From the NCBI GenBank assembly GCA_951406725.2, contig OX597816.1, positions 117,366,001 to 117,430,000 on the forward strand: 64,000 nucleotides of DNA, in the 5' to 3' direction. Both the position numbers and the translations under genes were made by a program. Under the pieces are notes generated by a model that worked only from the letters and a program-made list of their open reading frames with translations, was not told the origin of the DNA and made no database searches. Shown here piece by piece: positions 13,058-25,710 of this stretch. The first letter of the stretch is position 1. Each line of letters begins with the position of its first letter. This DNA comes from Octopus vulgaris (taxonomy: Eukaryota).

Positions 13058-13200
13058 TGTGGGTGTGTGGTAAGAAGCTTGCTTTCCAACCACACGGTTC
13101 TGGATTAATCCCACCATGTGGCACAGTCGGCAAGTGTTTTTTACTATAGCCTCAGGCTGCCCAAAGCCTTGGTAGATGGAAACTTAAAGAAGTCCATCGT
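13058..13200 (+). mobile_element. tRNA-derived SINE with CORE-like segment (related copies at about 14580-14700, 33420-33580 -, 38545-38672 -, 42434-42710 +)
   Basis: GTGTGGTAAGAAGCTTGCTT...GGTTC...CCCAC...GGCAAGTGTCTTCTACTATAGC recurs in each copy. Confidence 0.7.
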
Positions 13201-15429
13201 ATATCATCATCATCATCATTGTTTAACGTCTGCCTTCCATCTAGCATGAATACTTACCTACCTATATTTATTTTATCCTTCTTATTCCATTTTTGTTTGT
13301 GATATGAACATGTCAAATGAAAATACAAACATAATTAAAAAAGAGTTCATTATCACTATTTTGTGTTCACTAAATTACAGAATATATTGAAGATGTAACT
13401 GAAACGACAATTGTTAGAGAATGGGATTTGAGTGAAATAACTCTTGTTTTAATGTTTTAAGAAATCAGTTGTTTATACCAGAATTAAGTTAACTACTTGA
13501 CAGCTATGAGTCTTAAAGGATGAAAAGCAAGGTAGGAAACCAACTTTTTAAATTACAACTCCAGTGAGTCTATTCTGAGTAGTTTTGAGTTAAAGGGAAG
13601 TAATTTCTTGTTGTTTTATTTTTAACTAAATTTCTTTTGACAAGTCCCAAAGCCAAAGTAATAAGCAAAAGATTTACTAATATTAAAATTTTATGATCAA
13701 TATTTAAACAATAACAGTTCCATAATGAAGAGCTGGGAACAACAATAATTATAAATAGGCAAAATCAAGAATAACAAAATCACAGAGCATCCAGGACCAC
13801 ACTATTCGATGTGTTATTTTTCACTAAGATATTAATGTGTGATTTGAACACAAATTGTCTACTGTTTTTCTCATGTTAAGTGGCCTTTGTTGGTTTGAGA
13901 GTGGAACAAATTAGATGATGGGAACTAGAATTAAGACTGGACCAAAAACCAAGGCTACAAGCATAGAGTTGAGTATGTGGTGGAGAACTGACCAGCAGAG
14001 TGTTTTTAATATTTTCCACTAGATTTTGTCTTATTTATGATTGATAGTGTTTATTGGAGCACAAAAGCTCAAAAACATGGCTAATCAATTAGAATCAACT
14101 TTTGAATCTACTCCTGCTGGACCCCAAGTGGATATCAGAGGCTATGGATGGGCATCTTAAAATTCAGAGCTTGCTGAATTGTTGCATCAGTAATAATTTA
14201 ATAGAGAACAGGATTTGAGGTAATGTGCCAATGAATAAGGCAGTCAACTTCCCAAGGCATTATACATGATTTTAAGCATCTATAGGACATGGTATTGGGA
14301 GTGACTCTGCTCTCCACTGTCAGGACTATCAAGGAACACATCTCAGTGGGCAACAGTACAACAAGACGTATTGTCTTCCTAAAACTGGACGCCTAGCTCA
14401 AGTAGTTGCAACAAAGTGAACTCTCATGAATGTACACACATCCAGGAGAGGGTGTAAACCGGGCAATAGGTAGCTGCTACAACACTTTACATATTCTGGT
14501 GGCAATAAAGCTCTGTGTTCTGCCTGACTGTATTCTGGATGCACTGTTTCTAATAATAAATAACTAAAATAATCTCATGCACATGGTTCTGGTTTCAATC
14601 CCACTGTTTCGCACATTCGGCAAGTGTCTTCTACTATCTTTGCGAGTAGATTTAGTAGATGGAAACTGAACGAAACCCAGTGTGTGTGTGTGTGTGTATC
14701 TTTTTCTTTCTCTGTATGTCTGTTGTCCATAAGTCAGAACCCCCCCCCACTAATTTTGAGAAGTTATTCGTTGCTATTATGTTAAACTGTCGTATGTCCA
14801 AATGCGTTTTTTTTCCATATTTATTTTTGTTTGCAAAAGTCGGTTCTTTTGGTCAAACTATCGTATCTTCAGTTGCTTAAGATGCCAAGATATCAAAAAT
14901 TGTTAAGGTGTAGTAGAACGGTTTTGCTTATGGAATGGGAAAACTTACGACACTTTTGCACAATAGCAACGATTTATATAATAAAATGGTACAATATAGT
15001 ACATTCTTGGTTATGGCAGAAACATTGGTTTTGTGTCTACTATTGCACTTGGTAATATAGATGACTCGTCAAACCTGTTGGCTGGAAGAACATAGTCTAC
15101 TGATGGATGTAAATATACAATCTTTGTCAGTTCAGTTGTGAAAAACCAGAAACGATAAAAATCCCTACTGAGAGAGAAAGAAGAGTTGCTTCCCCTTGCA
15201 TGATTCCGACTGTAGCTAAATTAGATTAGTTGTGCCTGCTTTACATTATTTCTGTTTTCTTTGTATATGTGCTTTTGCATGTAGGCTAATCAATTAATCA
15301 ATCAAGTTTTAAGGAGTTGGATAAAAAAAAAAATTAATATCCTGGGACTCAAAGAAAAAGTTTTTCAAATGGCACTCTGCATATTCAGATTTTTGGACTG
15401 ACTTGTCCAGAAGAGAAACATGGAGAAGT

Positions 15430-15670
15430 ATATGTGTGTGTGCATGCGTGCGTGTGTGTGTGTGTGTGAGTGTGTGTGAAAGTGTGTGTGAGTTTGTGTG
15501 TGAAAGTATGTGTGTGTGGTTAATTTTTGGAGACTTCATTAGTGGGAGTAAAAAAGAAAAAAGAATGATCTGATGGAAGAAAGAAGGACAGGAAGAAAGA
15601 AAGAGAAAAGAGAGAAAGAAAGAGAAAGAGAAAAGAAAGAGAGAAAGAAAGAAAAAAGAAAGAGAAAGAC
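15430..15670. repeat. (GT)n and GA-rich simple repeats
   Basis: Directly visible. Confidence 0.9.
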
Positions 15671-16604
15671 CAAACTATACAATCTGTGTGTGTCTTTGTC
15701 TTTGTTCTGCTCCCACCATTTGACAACTGGTATTGGTTTGTTTATGTCTATGTAACTTAGCAGTTTAGTAAAAAGACTGATAGAATAAGTACCCCAACTG
15801 GGGTTGATGTATTTGAGTAAGCCCTTTATAGCATTGCCCCAGCATGGCCACAGTCTAATGGCTGAAACAAATAAAAAGTTAAAGCTAAAAGATATTAATC
15901 TAACCTAGAGGTAAACACTCAGTGGCATTGGTATTTTATCTTGTATTAAAAATTATTTGCATGTGAGATAAGATACCAATAGGTGTATTTCTGAACAGAT
16001 ACCTGACATCTAAATATGGTAATATTTTATGGAGTTATCATTCTAATCAAAGACTGAGTAAAAAACAAAAACAGAAACAAAAACAAAAGGAACAAACAAA
16101 ACAAAACTCTGACTTACTCTATTGTAAAAGTTGAGTTAAAAAATTCTCAGACATGTATGCATTTACACAAATTAAAATCTACAATAATTTTCATCTTGAC
16201 ATTGTTATACTTAGGGATGGTCAAATTTTGCCAATTAAACTTGCACACTATATATTTGGTCTTCATTTCAGATTTTATTATTATTATTTTAGTTTAATTT
16301 GTCAAAGCTCTTTCATCACACATCCTGTGACCTCTTCAATGACTCTTTATCCTATGTCTCGTCTTGTTCTGCATGTTTAATTGGCAAAATATGACTATCT
16401 CATGTATAACAATATCTGTTTCAGTACACAATTTCACATCAAGAATCTTGCAAAACAAATCCATAAACATTTCAGCTAGACTTTCTGCTTAAATTTGTTG
16501 GCTCTCAGGTTATCTATGAATACTCACAATCTCTTTTAAAATTTATGCTTTATAAATTATAATTAAAAAGAAATCCCTAAGATTTTTTACTAACTTTATA
16601 AATA

Positions 16605-17050
16605 ATTCTTTCTACTATTGGTAAAGATCTGAAATTTGGGGAGGGGAAAATCAATTACACCAACTACAGTGCTCAACTCATATTTGTTTTATCAATCTTG
16701 AAAGTATGAAAGTTAAAGCTGGCCTTGGTGGAATTTGAACTTAAAATGTAAAGAACAGGAATAAAAGCCACTAAGTATTTTGTTTAGCACAGTAATGATT
16801 CTCTCAACGTACTACCTTAATAACCTTATCAATACTGATATCAAATTTTAGCATAGGGCCAGTAGTTTTTGAGGGGAGGAAGTAGTCAATAACATTGACC
16901 CCAGTGTTCAACAGGTACTTATTTTTATTGACCTTGAAGGGATGAAAAACAAAGTTGACCTTGGTGGAATTTGAACTCAGAATGTAAAGATACATGAAAT
17001 GCTACTAAGCATTTTGTCCAGCATGCTAATGATTCTGCCAACTTCCTGCT
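16605..17050 (-). mobile_element. two tandem degenerate tRNA-SINE copies (same family as 58609-58838)
   Basis: Both contain AAAG(T/C)TG(A/G)CCTTGGTGGAATTTGAACT...CTAAG(C/T)ATTTTGT. Confidence 0.7.
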
Positions 17051-17716
17051 TTAAAAACCTTATAAATAATAAAACTATCAATACAGAATTGCAAATCCTA
17101 ACCTAGGGAAAATTTTTCACCTGGATAAAATTCTAAGATTTCAAGAGGCAAAGCATTCTTCAGTTGAAAAATTCTTCATTATAATTTACATTCTTTTATT
17201 TGATTTACCAAAACAGAAGCTGAAAGAGATGCCACTAAGCATTTTTGTCTGGTGTGCAAGTGATTCTAACAGTTTGCTGCCTTTAACATTAAATTAATGA
17301 TTGAAAGCTGTTAATGTTATATAAGCATTGTATGCAAAACATTTTACTTATCATATATGTGTGTATGTGTGTGTGAACTGAAAAAAGTGAATAAACAAAA
17401 CTTATCAATTACTACTCCTCCATTGAATCATGCTGTCCTATTATCTCTGCACTTGTTAACTACTTAGAAATATTAGCAAAATAGATTATATAAGTCTAAC
17501 CTAAGTGAATCACTTCCTTTTTAAATCACTATTTTTCTTACTGCTTTATATATATATATATATATATATAAGTTCAAATAAAGGTTGTAAACCTCATTAA
17601 GGAATAATAAAATCCAATGAATATACTGGTTTATTACCTATCACAAGAAGTATTGAATATTACAATTAATGTTGTTTATATATATTTTTAAGAAAAAAAG
17701 AAAATAGAGAGATAAT

Positions 17717-18003
17717 TAAATTAATAATTATAATTATTTATTATAAAATTAGACATCATCTGTGACAGCTGTTTCGATTAAAGACTTTAGAAATGAATAG
17801 GAATAATTAAAAACATATTAAAACCGAATCTCACTGGAGTTAGGTAAAGATATACTAATGATATTTCTTTAGCCAACTCTGATGTGATCCAGCTTTAATA
17901 TGTTTTTAATTATGCTAATTAATTTATTTCTAAAGTCTTGAATCAAAACAGCTGTCACAGATGATGTCTAATTTTATAATAAATAATTATAATTATTAAT
18001 TTA
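17717..18003. repeat. about 140-bp-arm inverted repeat of a Penelope-like unit with a degenerate hammerhead core
   Basis: Outer about 55 bp perfectly inverted; GAAAC-AGCT-GTC at 17764-17775 (-) and aAAAC-AGCT-GTC at 17945-17956 (+); CTGATGt at 17879. Confidence 0.75.
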
Positions 18004-18007
18004 TATA

Positions 18008-18803
18008 TAGGGAGCAGTGAATAAACTGTCATCTAAATTAATAAAAAATGAAAATAGCACTGACATCTCATTTTAACAGATATATTTACCAATATTACAT
18101 AAAAATATCTTGAAATACTAAAGAGTAAATTTATTCAATAAAATCGCCATTGGCTTCAACTATGGCCTCTAGACGATTTTAGAATCTCCTGCAACTCTTC
18201 TGGATGGTCTTGTTGTTTAAGTTGGTGAATGCTGCCATAATCCTTGCCTTCAGTTGATCTTTGGTGTTACAAGGAGTTTTATTTGTCTCTTGCTCAACTG
18301 TGCCCCACACATAATAATCAAGTGGGTTGCAGTCTGGGGAGTTAGGTGGCCAGATATTAGGGGTGATGTAGTCACAGAAATTGTCTGACAGTCATGACTG
18401 TGTTTTACTGCTTGTGTGGCATGGTGTAGGGTCTTCCAGCAGTCACTCTCTTGACCCAGGGCAGCACTACTTCCTCCAGGCACTTGATGTAAGACTCTGT
18501 GTTGAGTCTGAGGCCGTGTGGGAAGATGAATGGAAGCATAACATCACCATCACTAGTGATCACTCCAAACACCATGATGTTAACTGGATGTTTGATTTTT
18601 ATCACTTCTGGTGTGAATGCCAAGCAGTACAGCATGGTATTTCCAAATTTCTGGCAGAGTGAATTGCGTCATAATGCTGTTTTTCTCACAGATGGTATCC
18701 AACTGACCTTTCTATACTGTGTAGTCAACAAAATCAACAACAAACAATGTGCATACATGAAATTAAAAATATAAAATAGTGACAATTTACCCATTGCACC
18801 CTG
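18008..18803 (-). mobile_element. Tc1/mariner relic, maT (DD37D)-like, internally deleted
   Basis: TIRs TAGGGAGCAGTGAATAAACTGTC / GACAATTTACCCATTGCACCCTG with TA flanks; MVFGVITSDG...LRLNTESYIKCLEEVVLPW and PNSPDCNPLDYYVW. Confidence 0.8.
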
Positions 18804-19056
18804 TATATATATATGTGTGTGTGTGCATGTATATATGCATATATCTATGTGTGTGCATTGTTGTATTTGTCACCACTGCTGCTTGATAACTGGTGTTGAC
18901 TTGTTTATGTCCCTGTAACTTAGCCTACACAAAAGAACATCAAAATAAGAACCAGGCTTAAAAATAAGTACTGGGGTTGATTTGCTTGACTAAACCCTTC
19001 AAGGAGGTACCCCAGCATGGCCAAAGTCCAATAACTGGAATAACAAGTAAAAGATG

Positions 19057-19086
<30 letters not shown>

Positions 19087-19088
<2 letters not shown>

Positions 19089-19332
19089 CATCATCATCAT
19101 TTAGCGTCCGTTTTCCATGCTAGCATGGGTTGGACGGTTCAACTGGGGTCTGTGAAGCCAGAAGGCTGCATCAGGCCCAGTCTGATCTGGTAGTGCTTCT
19201 ACGGCTGGATGCCCTTCCTAACGCCAACCACTCCGCGAGTGTAGTGGGTGCTTTTTACGTGCCACCCGCACAGGTGCCAGACGGTGCTGGCAAACGGCCA
19301 AGAAAGGATGGTGCTTTTACGTGCCACTGGCA
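19087..19332 (-). mobile_element. RTE 3'-tail/SINE fragment (related copies at about 3495-3700, 23238-23550, 27040-27485, 33050-33340 +, 48455-48680)
   Basis: (CAT)n...TTTCCATGCTAGCATGGGTTGGACG tail, also found at the 3' end of the RTE LINE at 35838. Confidence 0.75.
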
Positions 19333-19878
19333 CATATATATACATACACATATATGCCCCATTAGTCTTACTAGCTGCATCGCCAAACTGATAGAATCCT
19401 GTGTCAGAGAAACCCTCTGGAACTTCTGGAAGTCTCACAGCCTCATCCAGCCGTCACAATTTGGATTTATTCCTAACTCTAGCTGCTGTAATCAACTCAT
19501 CGTGTTTCTTGAGGACATTACCCAAATCACTGATCATGGATCCTGGGTAGATGTTGTTTACCTGAACTTTGCTAAGGCTTTTAAATCTGTGCCACACAAA
19601 AGACTTATGGTGAAACTCTCTGCTTTGGGCATAAGAGACGAACTCCATAACTGGTTGAAGTCCTTTATTTTCGGCCGAAAAGAGGTTGTCACAGTTCTAG
19701 GACAGCACTCTTCCCCTATGAGATGACATCTGGTGTACCATAGGGATCTGTTCTTGGCCCCCTTTTATTTGTTGCATATGTTAATGACATAGATGCCAAC
19801 TTAAAGAATGCCACAGTGCTGAAATATGCAGATGACATCAAGCTGTACCTTGAAATAAAGAGGTCAGATCCTGTACAC

Positions 19879-22256
19879 CAGTGATTCCCAAGGTGGGGTG
19901 TACGCCCCACTGGTGGGGCCTGAGAAAATTCAGGTGGGGCGTGGGGCATAGACGTGGGCTGTGAAAGTATTTGTACATGACGAGCGGTCATCGCGGGCAC
20001 AACCTTAGATTCCGTCTTTCCTTTGAAGCCTCCACATCGGAAACTCTCGCACCCCAGCGAGACAAAGAAGATTCCGCACTGAGCAATAAACTTACTATTC
20101 AGATAAGCCAATCAATTGCCTCAATTAGTTTGCCTCAATTAGTCTTTTGTTAGCCCTATTGAAAATGAGCAAACCAAACAAGAAGAAGACTTGTCAATAC
20201 GCAGTGGAGTTTTTGAAGTTTGGATTCATTCCTGATGAGCATGATGAGCGTAAACCGTTTTGCTTATTATGTAATCAGACGATGAGCAATGAGTCAATGA
20301 AGGCAGGTAGGCTGGAAGCGCACTTAAAGGTAAGACATCCTAATAATTCTAATTTAGATTTGGAATACTTCAAATCATTGAAAGAAAAATTTAAAAACCG
20401 AACAAAACTCACTTCACTATTTCATGCAAAACAAGCGCCTCATACTCGTGCCCTTGAAGCCAGCTACGAAATCTCCTTGCTTATAGCAAAACATGGAAAG
20501 AATCACACTATTGGAGAGCAACTGATTAAACCTGCTATCTCAATATTCTTAAAAACTGTATTACAAAAAGATGATGGAGATATCAGGACTATGCCACTCA
20601 GTAATAACACTGTCTCGAACAGAATAGATGAAATGGGGCAAGATGTTGAAAGCCAGCTCATTGAGAAATTAAAATTGCGTAAGTTTTCATTACAAATGGA
20701 CAAATCCACAATCCGGGACAGTGAGGCTCTGTTATTGACTTATGTGAGGTATATTGACCACGAGGAGTTTCAGGAAGAGATGCTGTTCTGCGAATCGTTT
20801 GAAACCACCACAACTGCAAATGATATTTACATCAAAATCAAACATTATTTGGATGCAAACAAAATACCAAAGGAAAACTTACTGGCATGTGCGGCAGACG
20901 GTGCACCTGCCATGATGGGCAAGAATACGGGATGCTTAAAAATGATGAAGGATGAAAATCCAAACATGTTGACTGTCCATTGTGTAATACACCGAGAAAA
21001 CTTGGTTGCCAAGAAATTGTCCCCTGTTCTTAACAAGATTCTTCAAAGTGTGATCAAGTGTGTCAACAGCATTAAAAGAAATTCTAAATCTGAACGTCTT
21101 TTTAAGCAGTTTTGTATAAATCAAAGTGCCGAACATGTTCGATTATTGCTTCATACAGAAGTAAGATGGCTATCAAGTGGAAACTGCTTAAAGAGGTTCA
21201 TGGAATTATTTGATCAGATTAACGACTTTCTTAGTGATAAATGTGAAATGAAATTGCTGTCAACAACGGATGGAAAAGCATTTGTCAGTTATTTGACAGA
21301 CATATTTGAGAAACTTGGAAACTTGAATAAACAACTTCAAGGTGCAAACATGACACTTATTGATGCAAAAGCAAAGATTTTTGGATTTATTACAGCTCTC
21401 GAATTATGGAAAAAGAAATTTTCCAAAAGAAATTTCAGTGAACTTTACTGGTTGAGTAAATGTGAAATAACGAATGATGCTGGCATTGTAATTATTGATC
21501 ATTTAAATATCTTGATAAAGGATTTCAATGACAGATTTTGCGATTTAAAGGCAATGAATTTTCCTTCTTGGTTAACTCAACCGCTTCTGATTAACGTTTC
21601 TGATGCTACAATCCAATACCAAGAAGAGTTATCAGAATTACAACATGATGAATCAGTGAAGACTTTGTTTAAATTGAAAGGTACAAAGATGTGGCTATAT
21701 GACGAGGTTGAAAGAAAATATCCTAAAATTTCTACATCAGCGAGAGAGCTACTGATTCCTTTCCCTTCGTCTTATTTGGTCAAATGTGGTTTTAGTGCAG
21801 TTGATAATTTGCTCGAAGCCAAGAGAAACCGGCTTGAGATTACAAAACGTGGCGATTTACGACTGAAATTAACAAAGTTGTCTCCTCAAATTAAAAACTT
21901 GTGCTGTATGCATCAGGCACAGGGTTCTCACTAAATTAGTCGAGCTGACCGTCAAATAATTGAACTGAAAAAACGTGTTTCTTTATTCTTTATAAATTGA
22001 CATTTTTTAAAAACATGAGAAATCGTAATAATTTTATCGATTTATTGGGTGTTATTATGCACTTTCAGTGCCTGTTGTTTCAATTCTCAAACTATTTTTT
22101 TGTATTTTGAATACAATTTTTTAATTTTTGATTTTTTTTCAATTGTAAGTAGGCCCACATGTACTTGTAAATGTGAGTGGACATGGGAAAAGGTGGGGCG
22201 TAAAAACTTTTGCTATGAAAAAGTGGGGCGCCGGGAAAAAAGGTTGGGAAACACTG
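19879..22256 (+). mobile_element. full-length hAT DNA transposon, Buster/Charlie family
   Basis: TIRs CAGTGATTCCCAA / TTGGGAAACACTG; perfect 8-bp TSD CTGTACAC at 19871-19878 and 22257-22264. Confidence 0.95.
20165..21934 (+). CDS. hAT (Buster/Charlie) transposase, 589 aa, open frame, catalytic Glu replaced by Lys
   Basis: BED finger CLLC...HLKVRH; FSLQMD; DGAPAM; HCVIH; EVRWLS; SYLV(K)CGFS; C-terminal AQGSH. Confidence 0.9.
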   Translation: MSKPNKKKTCQYAVEFLKFGFIPDEHDERKPFCLLCNQTMSNESMKAGRLEAHLKVRHPNNSNLDLEYFKSLKEKFKNRTKLTSLFHAKQAPHTRALEASYEISLLIAKHGKNHTIGEQLIKPAISIFLKTVLQKDDGDIRTMPLSNNTVSNRIDEMGQDVESQLIEKLKLRKFSLQMDKSTIRDSEALLLTYVRYIDHEEFQEEMLFCESFETTTTANDIYIKIKHYLDANKIPKENLLACAADGAPAMMGKNTGCLKMMKDENPNMLTVHCVIHRENLVAKKLSPVLNKILQSVIKCVNSIKRNSKSERLFKQFCINQSAEHVRLLLHTEVRWLSSGNCLKRFMELFDQINDFLSDKCEMKLLSTTDGKAFVSYLTDIFEKLGNLNKQLQGANMTLIDAKAKIFGFITALELWKKKFSKRNFSELYWLSKCEITNDAGIVIIDHLNILIKDFNDRFCDLKAMNFPSWLTQPLLINVSDATIQYQEELSELQHDESVKTLFKLKGTKMWLYDEVERKYPKISTSARELLIPFPSSYLVKCGFSAVDNLLEAKRNRLEITKRGDLRLKLTKLSPQIKNLCCMHQAQGSH

Positions 22257-24130
22257 CTGTACACTATAGATCTCTATTGCAAGCAGACCTGGACACAATG
22301 CAGCAGTGGATCATGGACTGGCAACTCAAGCTGGCTGTGGACAAATGTACCACCATGCATTTTTGGAGGAGAAACCCAGTGTCCACTTACTCCCTCCACA
22401 ACACTAATCTCAAAAAGTCTTCATGTGAACGTGACCTGGGTGTTATTGTCGACAGCGATTTGCGTTGGACAAAACACATTGCTAAAATTGCCAAGAAGGC
22501 TGAGGGTGTCTTGGCATCACTCACCAAGTTTTTGTGAGCCGCTCTCCGGCTATCATTCTGTGGCTTTATATAGCTATGGTAAGACCTCACCTGGAATTTG
22601 CATCACTGGTTTGGAACCCCTATCTTGCCCAGGATATTAATTGTCTGGAAGCCGTTCAGCGACGTGCAGCCAAGAGAATACCCTCCATCAGGCATTTGCC
22701 ATATTTTGAACGCCTTACTTCCCTGGGCATGGACACATTGAAACTCCGACGTCTAGCAGCTGACTTGGCAGACATCCATAGAATTATTAACTATCTTACA
22801 AACAATAACTTTGAGCACCTTTTCAAACCCCATCTGTCTAACTCCCGTGGACATGTTTACAAAATCAGAAAACAGCACAGCTCCCAAGGCTTTCGGAAAC
22901 ATTTTTTCATGCTAAGAGTTGCTGAAGCATGGAACAAACTGCTGGCATCTGCTGTTAGTTGTCGGAGCACTGCATCCTTCAAAACTTCCATGCTTCCTGA
23001 GATTCGCCAACACTACACCGGATTTTCTCCCCTCCATAAACACGCAAACATGTATCTGACTCATACACTGTTCACTTTCCAGACATTTGTACATTACTGC
23101 ATATGCTTTATGCACACTTTTGACAAGTTGTGGTGCACCTGAGCACTGTATACAATAATTTCATTATTATTATGGCCACAGCTCATGAGCTGAAACTAGA
23201 ATCAATCAATCATATAAATATATATACACACACATATCATCATCATTTAACATCCGTTTTCCATGATGGCATGGGTTAGTCAGTTTGACCGGAGCTGGTA
23301 GGCTGGAGAGCTGCACCAGGCTCTACTTAGCCGTTTTGGCACAGTTTCTACAGCTGGATGCCCTTTCTAACACCAACTACTTTACAGAGTATACTGGGTG
23401 CCTTTTAAGAGTCACTAGCACTGGCCTGACTACAATTTCACTTAGCTTGATGTGTCTTCTCAAGCGCAGCAAATCGTTAGAAGTTTTGGTCACTTATTGC
23501 CTCCATGAGACTCAACAACCAAAGATCATATTTCACTGACCTCGTCCCGTGTCTATAAATAAATTAAAATTAGAAAATACGAAATTATTCTGCCCATGGC
23601 AGAACCTTTGTGCTTGTGTATCATCCTATAGCTTCAAAAATAATGTATAATTTTATTTGGGAAAGCAACTGGTTTAAGTGTATCCCTCAGTGTAGATGTG
23701 TCTCCTCAGATGATTTCAAGTGGTATCTCGTTAAAATAAACTCTATTTCACACAACTTATTTCTAGATGTTTTCTTCTTGGTTTTGTATTGTGTATTTGT
23801 TTCTTTTTGTATCTCATCTTTTGTTATGGATCTTCTATAAGAATGAAGTTGTATCCCTTAATTTGCTATAACTATTTTTGTTTTTGTTTTTGCAGTGTTA
23901 ATGCTTTTTATATGTATATATATAAATGTAAATGCTTTCCCAAATAAAATTATACATCATTATACATAATTATAAAATTATGCCAGGGATGGGTTGAAAT
24001 GATTGTAGTGATCAATAAATATTCTCATATCTTCCATCTTCTGTCTCTCTCATTAATTAGTTATGCATGTATATATATAAATAAAACTTACTTGGAAAAG
24101 GATGCGTGGCGTTCGATCATATAATACAAA

Positions 24131-24643
24131 TCTATATATATAAAACTGTAGTTGTGTGAGTGTCTGTCCCCTTCGATTTAGATTCCTAACTACTCCCACA
24201 TTTTGTGGTGCAGTTTAACCAAATTCGGGTATCTTATAGTCGTGATTCATATCGAGCCCGTCTGAGTATTAGCGCGCGTCTACGATGAGTCTACGATTTT
24301 AAAAATAATTTAACATAATTTTTTATTCCATTTTAATGCATAATTTTTCGTGTGTCGATGGCGGTGGAGTTGGCGTCCATGGTCACACCTGCACCTGTTT
24401 GCTTCTCCCCCTTCTTCCCTCCCTCGTGAAGCTGTGGGGAAGGGAGTGTAAGGAAATCAACGTCGTAAAGCGTTGTCAAGGAGACCAGCGTTCTTTTAGA
24501 ACAACGACTTCATGGCTTGAAGACACCAAAACAGAAATGGCTAAGAAAGCCCGAATTGGCATCTATAAGGGAAGTAACTCTCTAAAAATGCTTATATAGT
24601 TATTTCCCTTACAAACCCGAGCAACGCCGGGCGATACTGCTAG
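24131..24643 (+). mobile_element. non-autonomous Helitron
   Basis: 5' TC, 3' CTAG, subterminal hairpin CCCGAGCAACGCCGGG, inserted between A and T, no TSD. Confidence 0.85.
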
Positions 24644-25589
24644 TAATATATAAATATATGCATATATACATACATATACGTACATACCTACATATATATG
24701 TATATTATACATGCATATATGTGTACAGGACATCAAGAAAACGAGGAACACAATGAGAAACGAAAACATAGAAACGAACTTTTTTCAAACAACGAAAAAA
24801 ACAGAGTACAAGACATACAATACAAGGAGTATTCCCCTTCTTCAGCTGTCACTGTTTTATCTACTCCACGTTTCGAAAATTTTTTTTTCTACACAAACCC
24901 CCGTTTTCTGCGGGAAATTGGTTGAGGACGGGAGGAAGTCTTTCCTATATAACCCCAACGAGTCTAGTTCGCCACTAGGGATCTTCCAGGTTATAGACAT
25001 TTCAATTAACTTACGCCGTTCATTTCTTCGAAATAAGCAAGGGTATTGTACGATCTTTTATTCATTACCTCTCAGGTCTTGTGTCTGTCTCATAAATGGG
25101 AGAAACCGTTATATGGTTGATAGTACTGGTAGAAATAGCGGCAAAATCTCTCAAAAATCCTACTGTATAAAGAATACATTGGATAATGTACCCTAAGCCA
25201 ATGAAGGAACTACTTCGTGGTCGTTCGACTTGCTAGAAGTAGCGGGCAGATGCCCATTCAAACCACACTACCTTCACAAATATTAGATAACGTAGCTTGA
25301 GATAAGCTTTGTCCGAGAAGATGGGATGATCAAAGACAGATCGTATTTGATCACAAGGTCTGTCGAATGAGAGCTGACCTGAAGCTAAAGAACGACAAGG
25401 TGGTACAAGTTAGCTATCAAATCACGATTGAAGTTGAACAAAAACAGATAGAAGTGTTGCACGTTTTCGTAATTTTGTTTCTTGCAAAGCTAACTTGAGA
25501 ATGAAAGCTATTAAAAAAATAGTAACCCTTAAGTATTTATCTTAGCAGTTTTATGAATTATATGATTAATGTTTTCATATGATTGAGTC

Positions 25590-25635
25590 TGTGTGTGTGT
25601 ATGTATGTATAAACATGTATATGTATGTATGTATC

Positions 25636-25675
<40 letters not shown>

Positions 25676-25710
25676 TACACACACACACACACACATACAT
25701 GTATATAACG
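25590..25710. repeat. compound (GT)/(TATG)/(TA)/(CA) microsatellite about 150 bp upstream of the DAGLB ATG
   Basis: Directly visible. Confidence 0.9.

Larger units (their letters stand above)
19356..23172 (+). mobile_element. 5'-truncated CR1-clade LINE (RT relic) split by a hAT insertion
   Basis: PISLTSCIAK...QFGF...VYLNFAKAF...SGVP*GSVLGP...KYADD before 19879; resumes after 22264 (LQADLD...ERDLGVIVD...RPHLEFAS...LEAVQRRA); (ATT)n tail; stops and frameshifts. Confidence 0.9.

Noticed and set aside
10700-14500. Patches resembling very old LINE coding sequence (also about 28000-28900, 34300-34800, 63500-64000)
   Set aside because: Too degraded to assign family or boundaries by eye
15309-15755. 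Low-complexity ORFs (also 25558-25814, 49497-50164)
   Set aside because: Translations of microsatellites and repeats
20147-21934. Domesticated ZBED5/SCAND3-like host gene
   Set aside because: Intact TIRs and TSD inside a LINE show an ordinary recent insertion; ATG 20165 preferred over the TTG start
24711-25196. 161-aa ORF, and a minus-strand ATG AAC GGC|GTAAGT micro-exon near 25010-25023
   Set aside because: Crosses repeat-like fragments with no homology; no downstream minus-strand exons found
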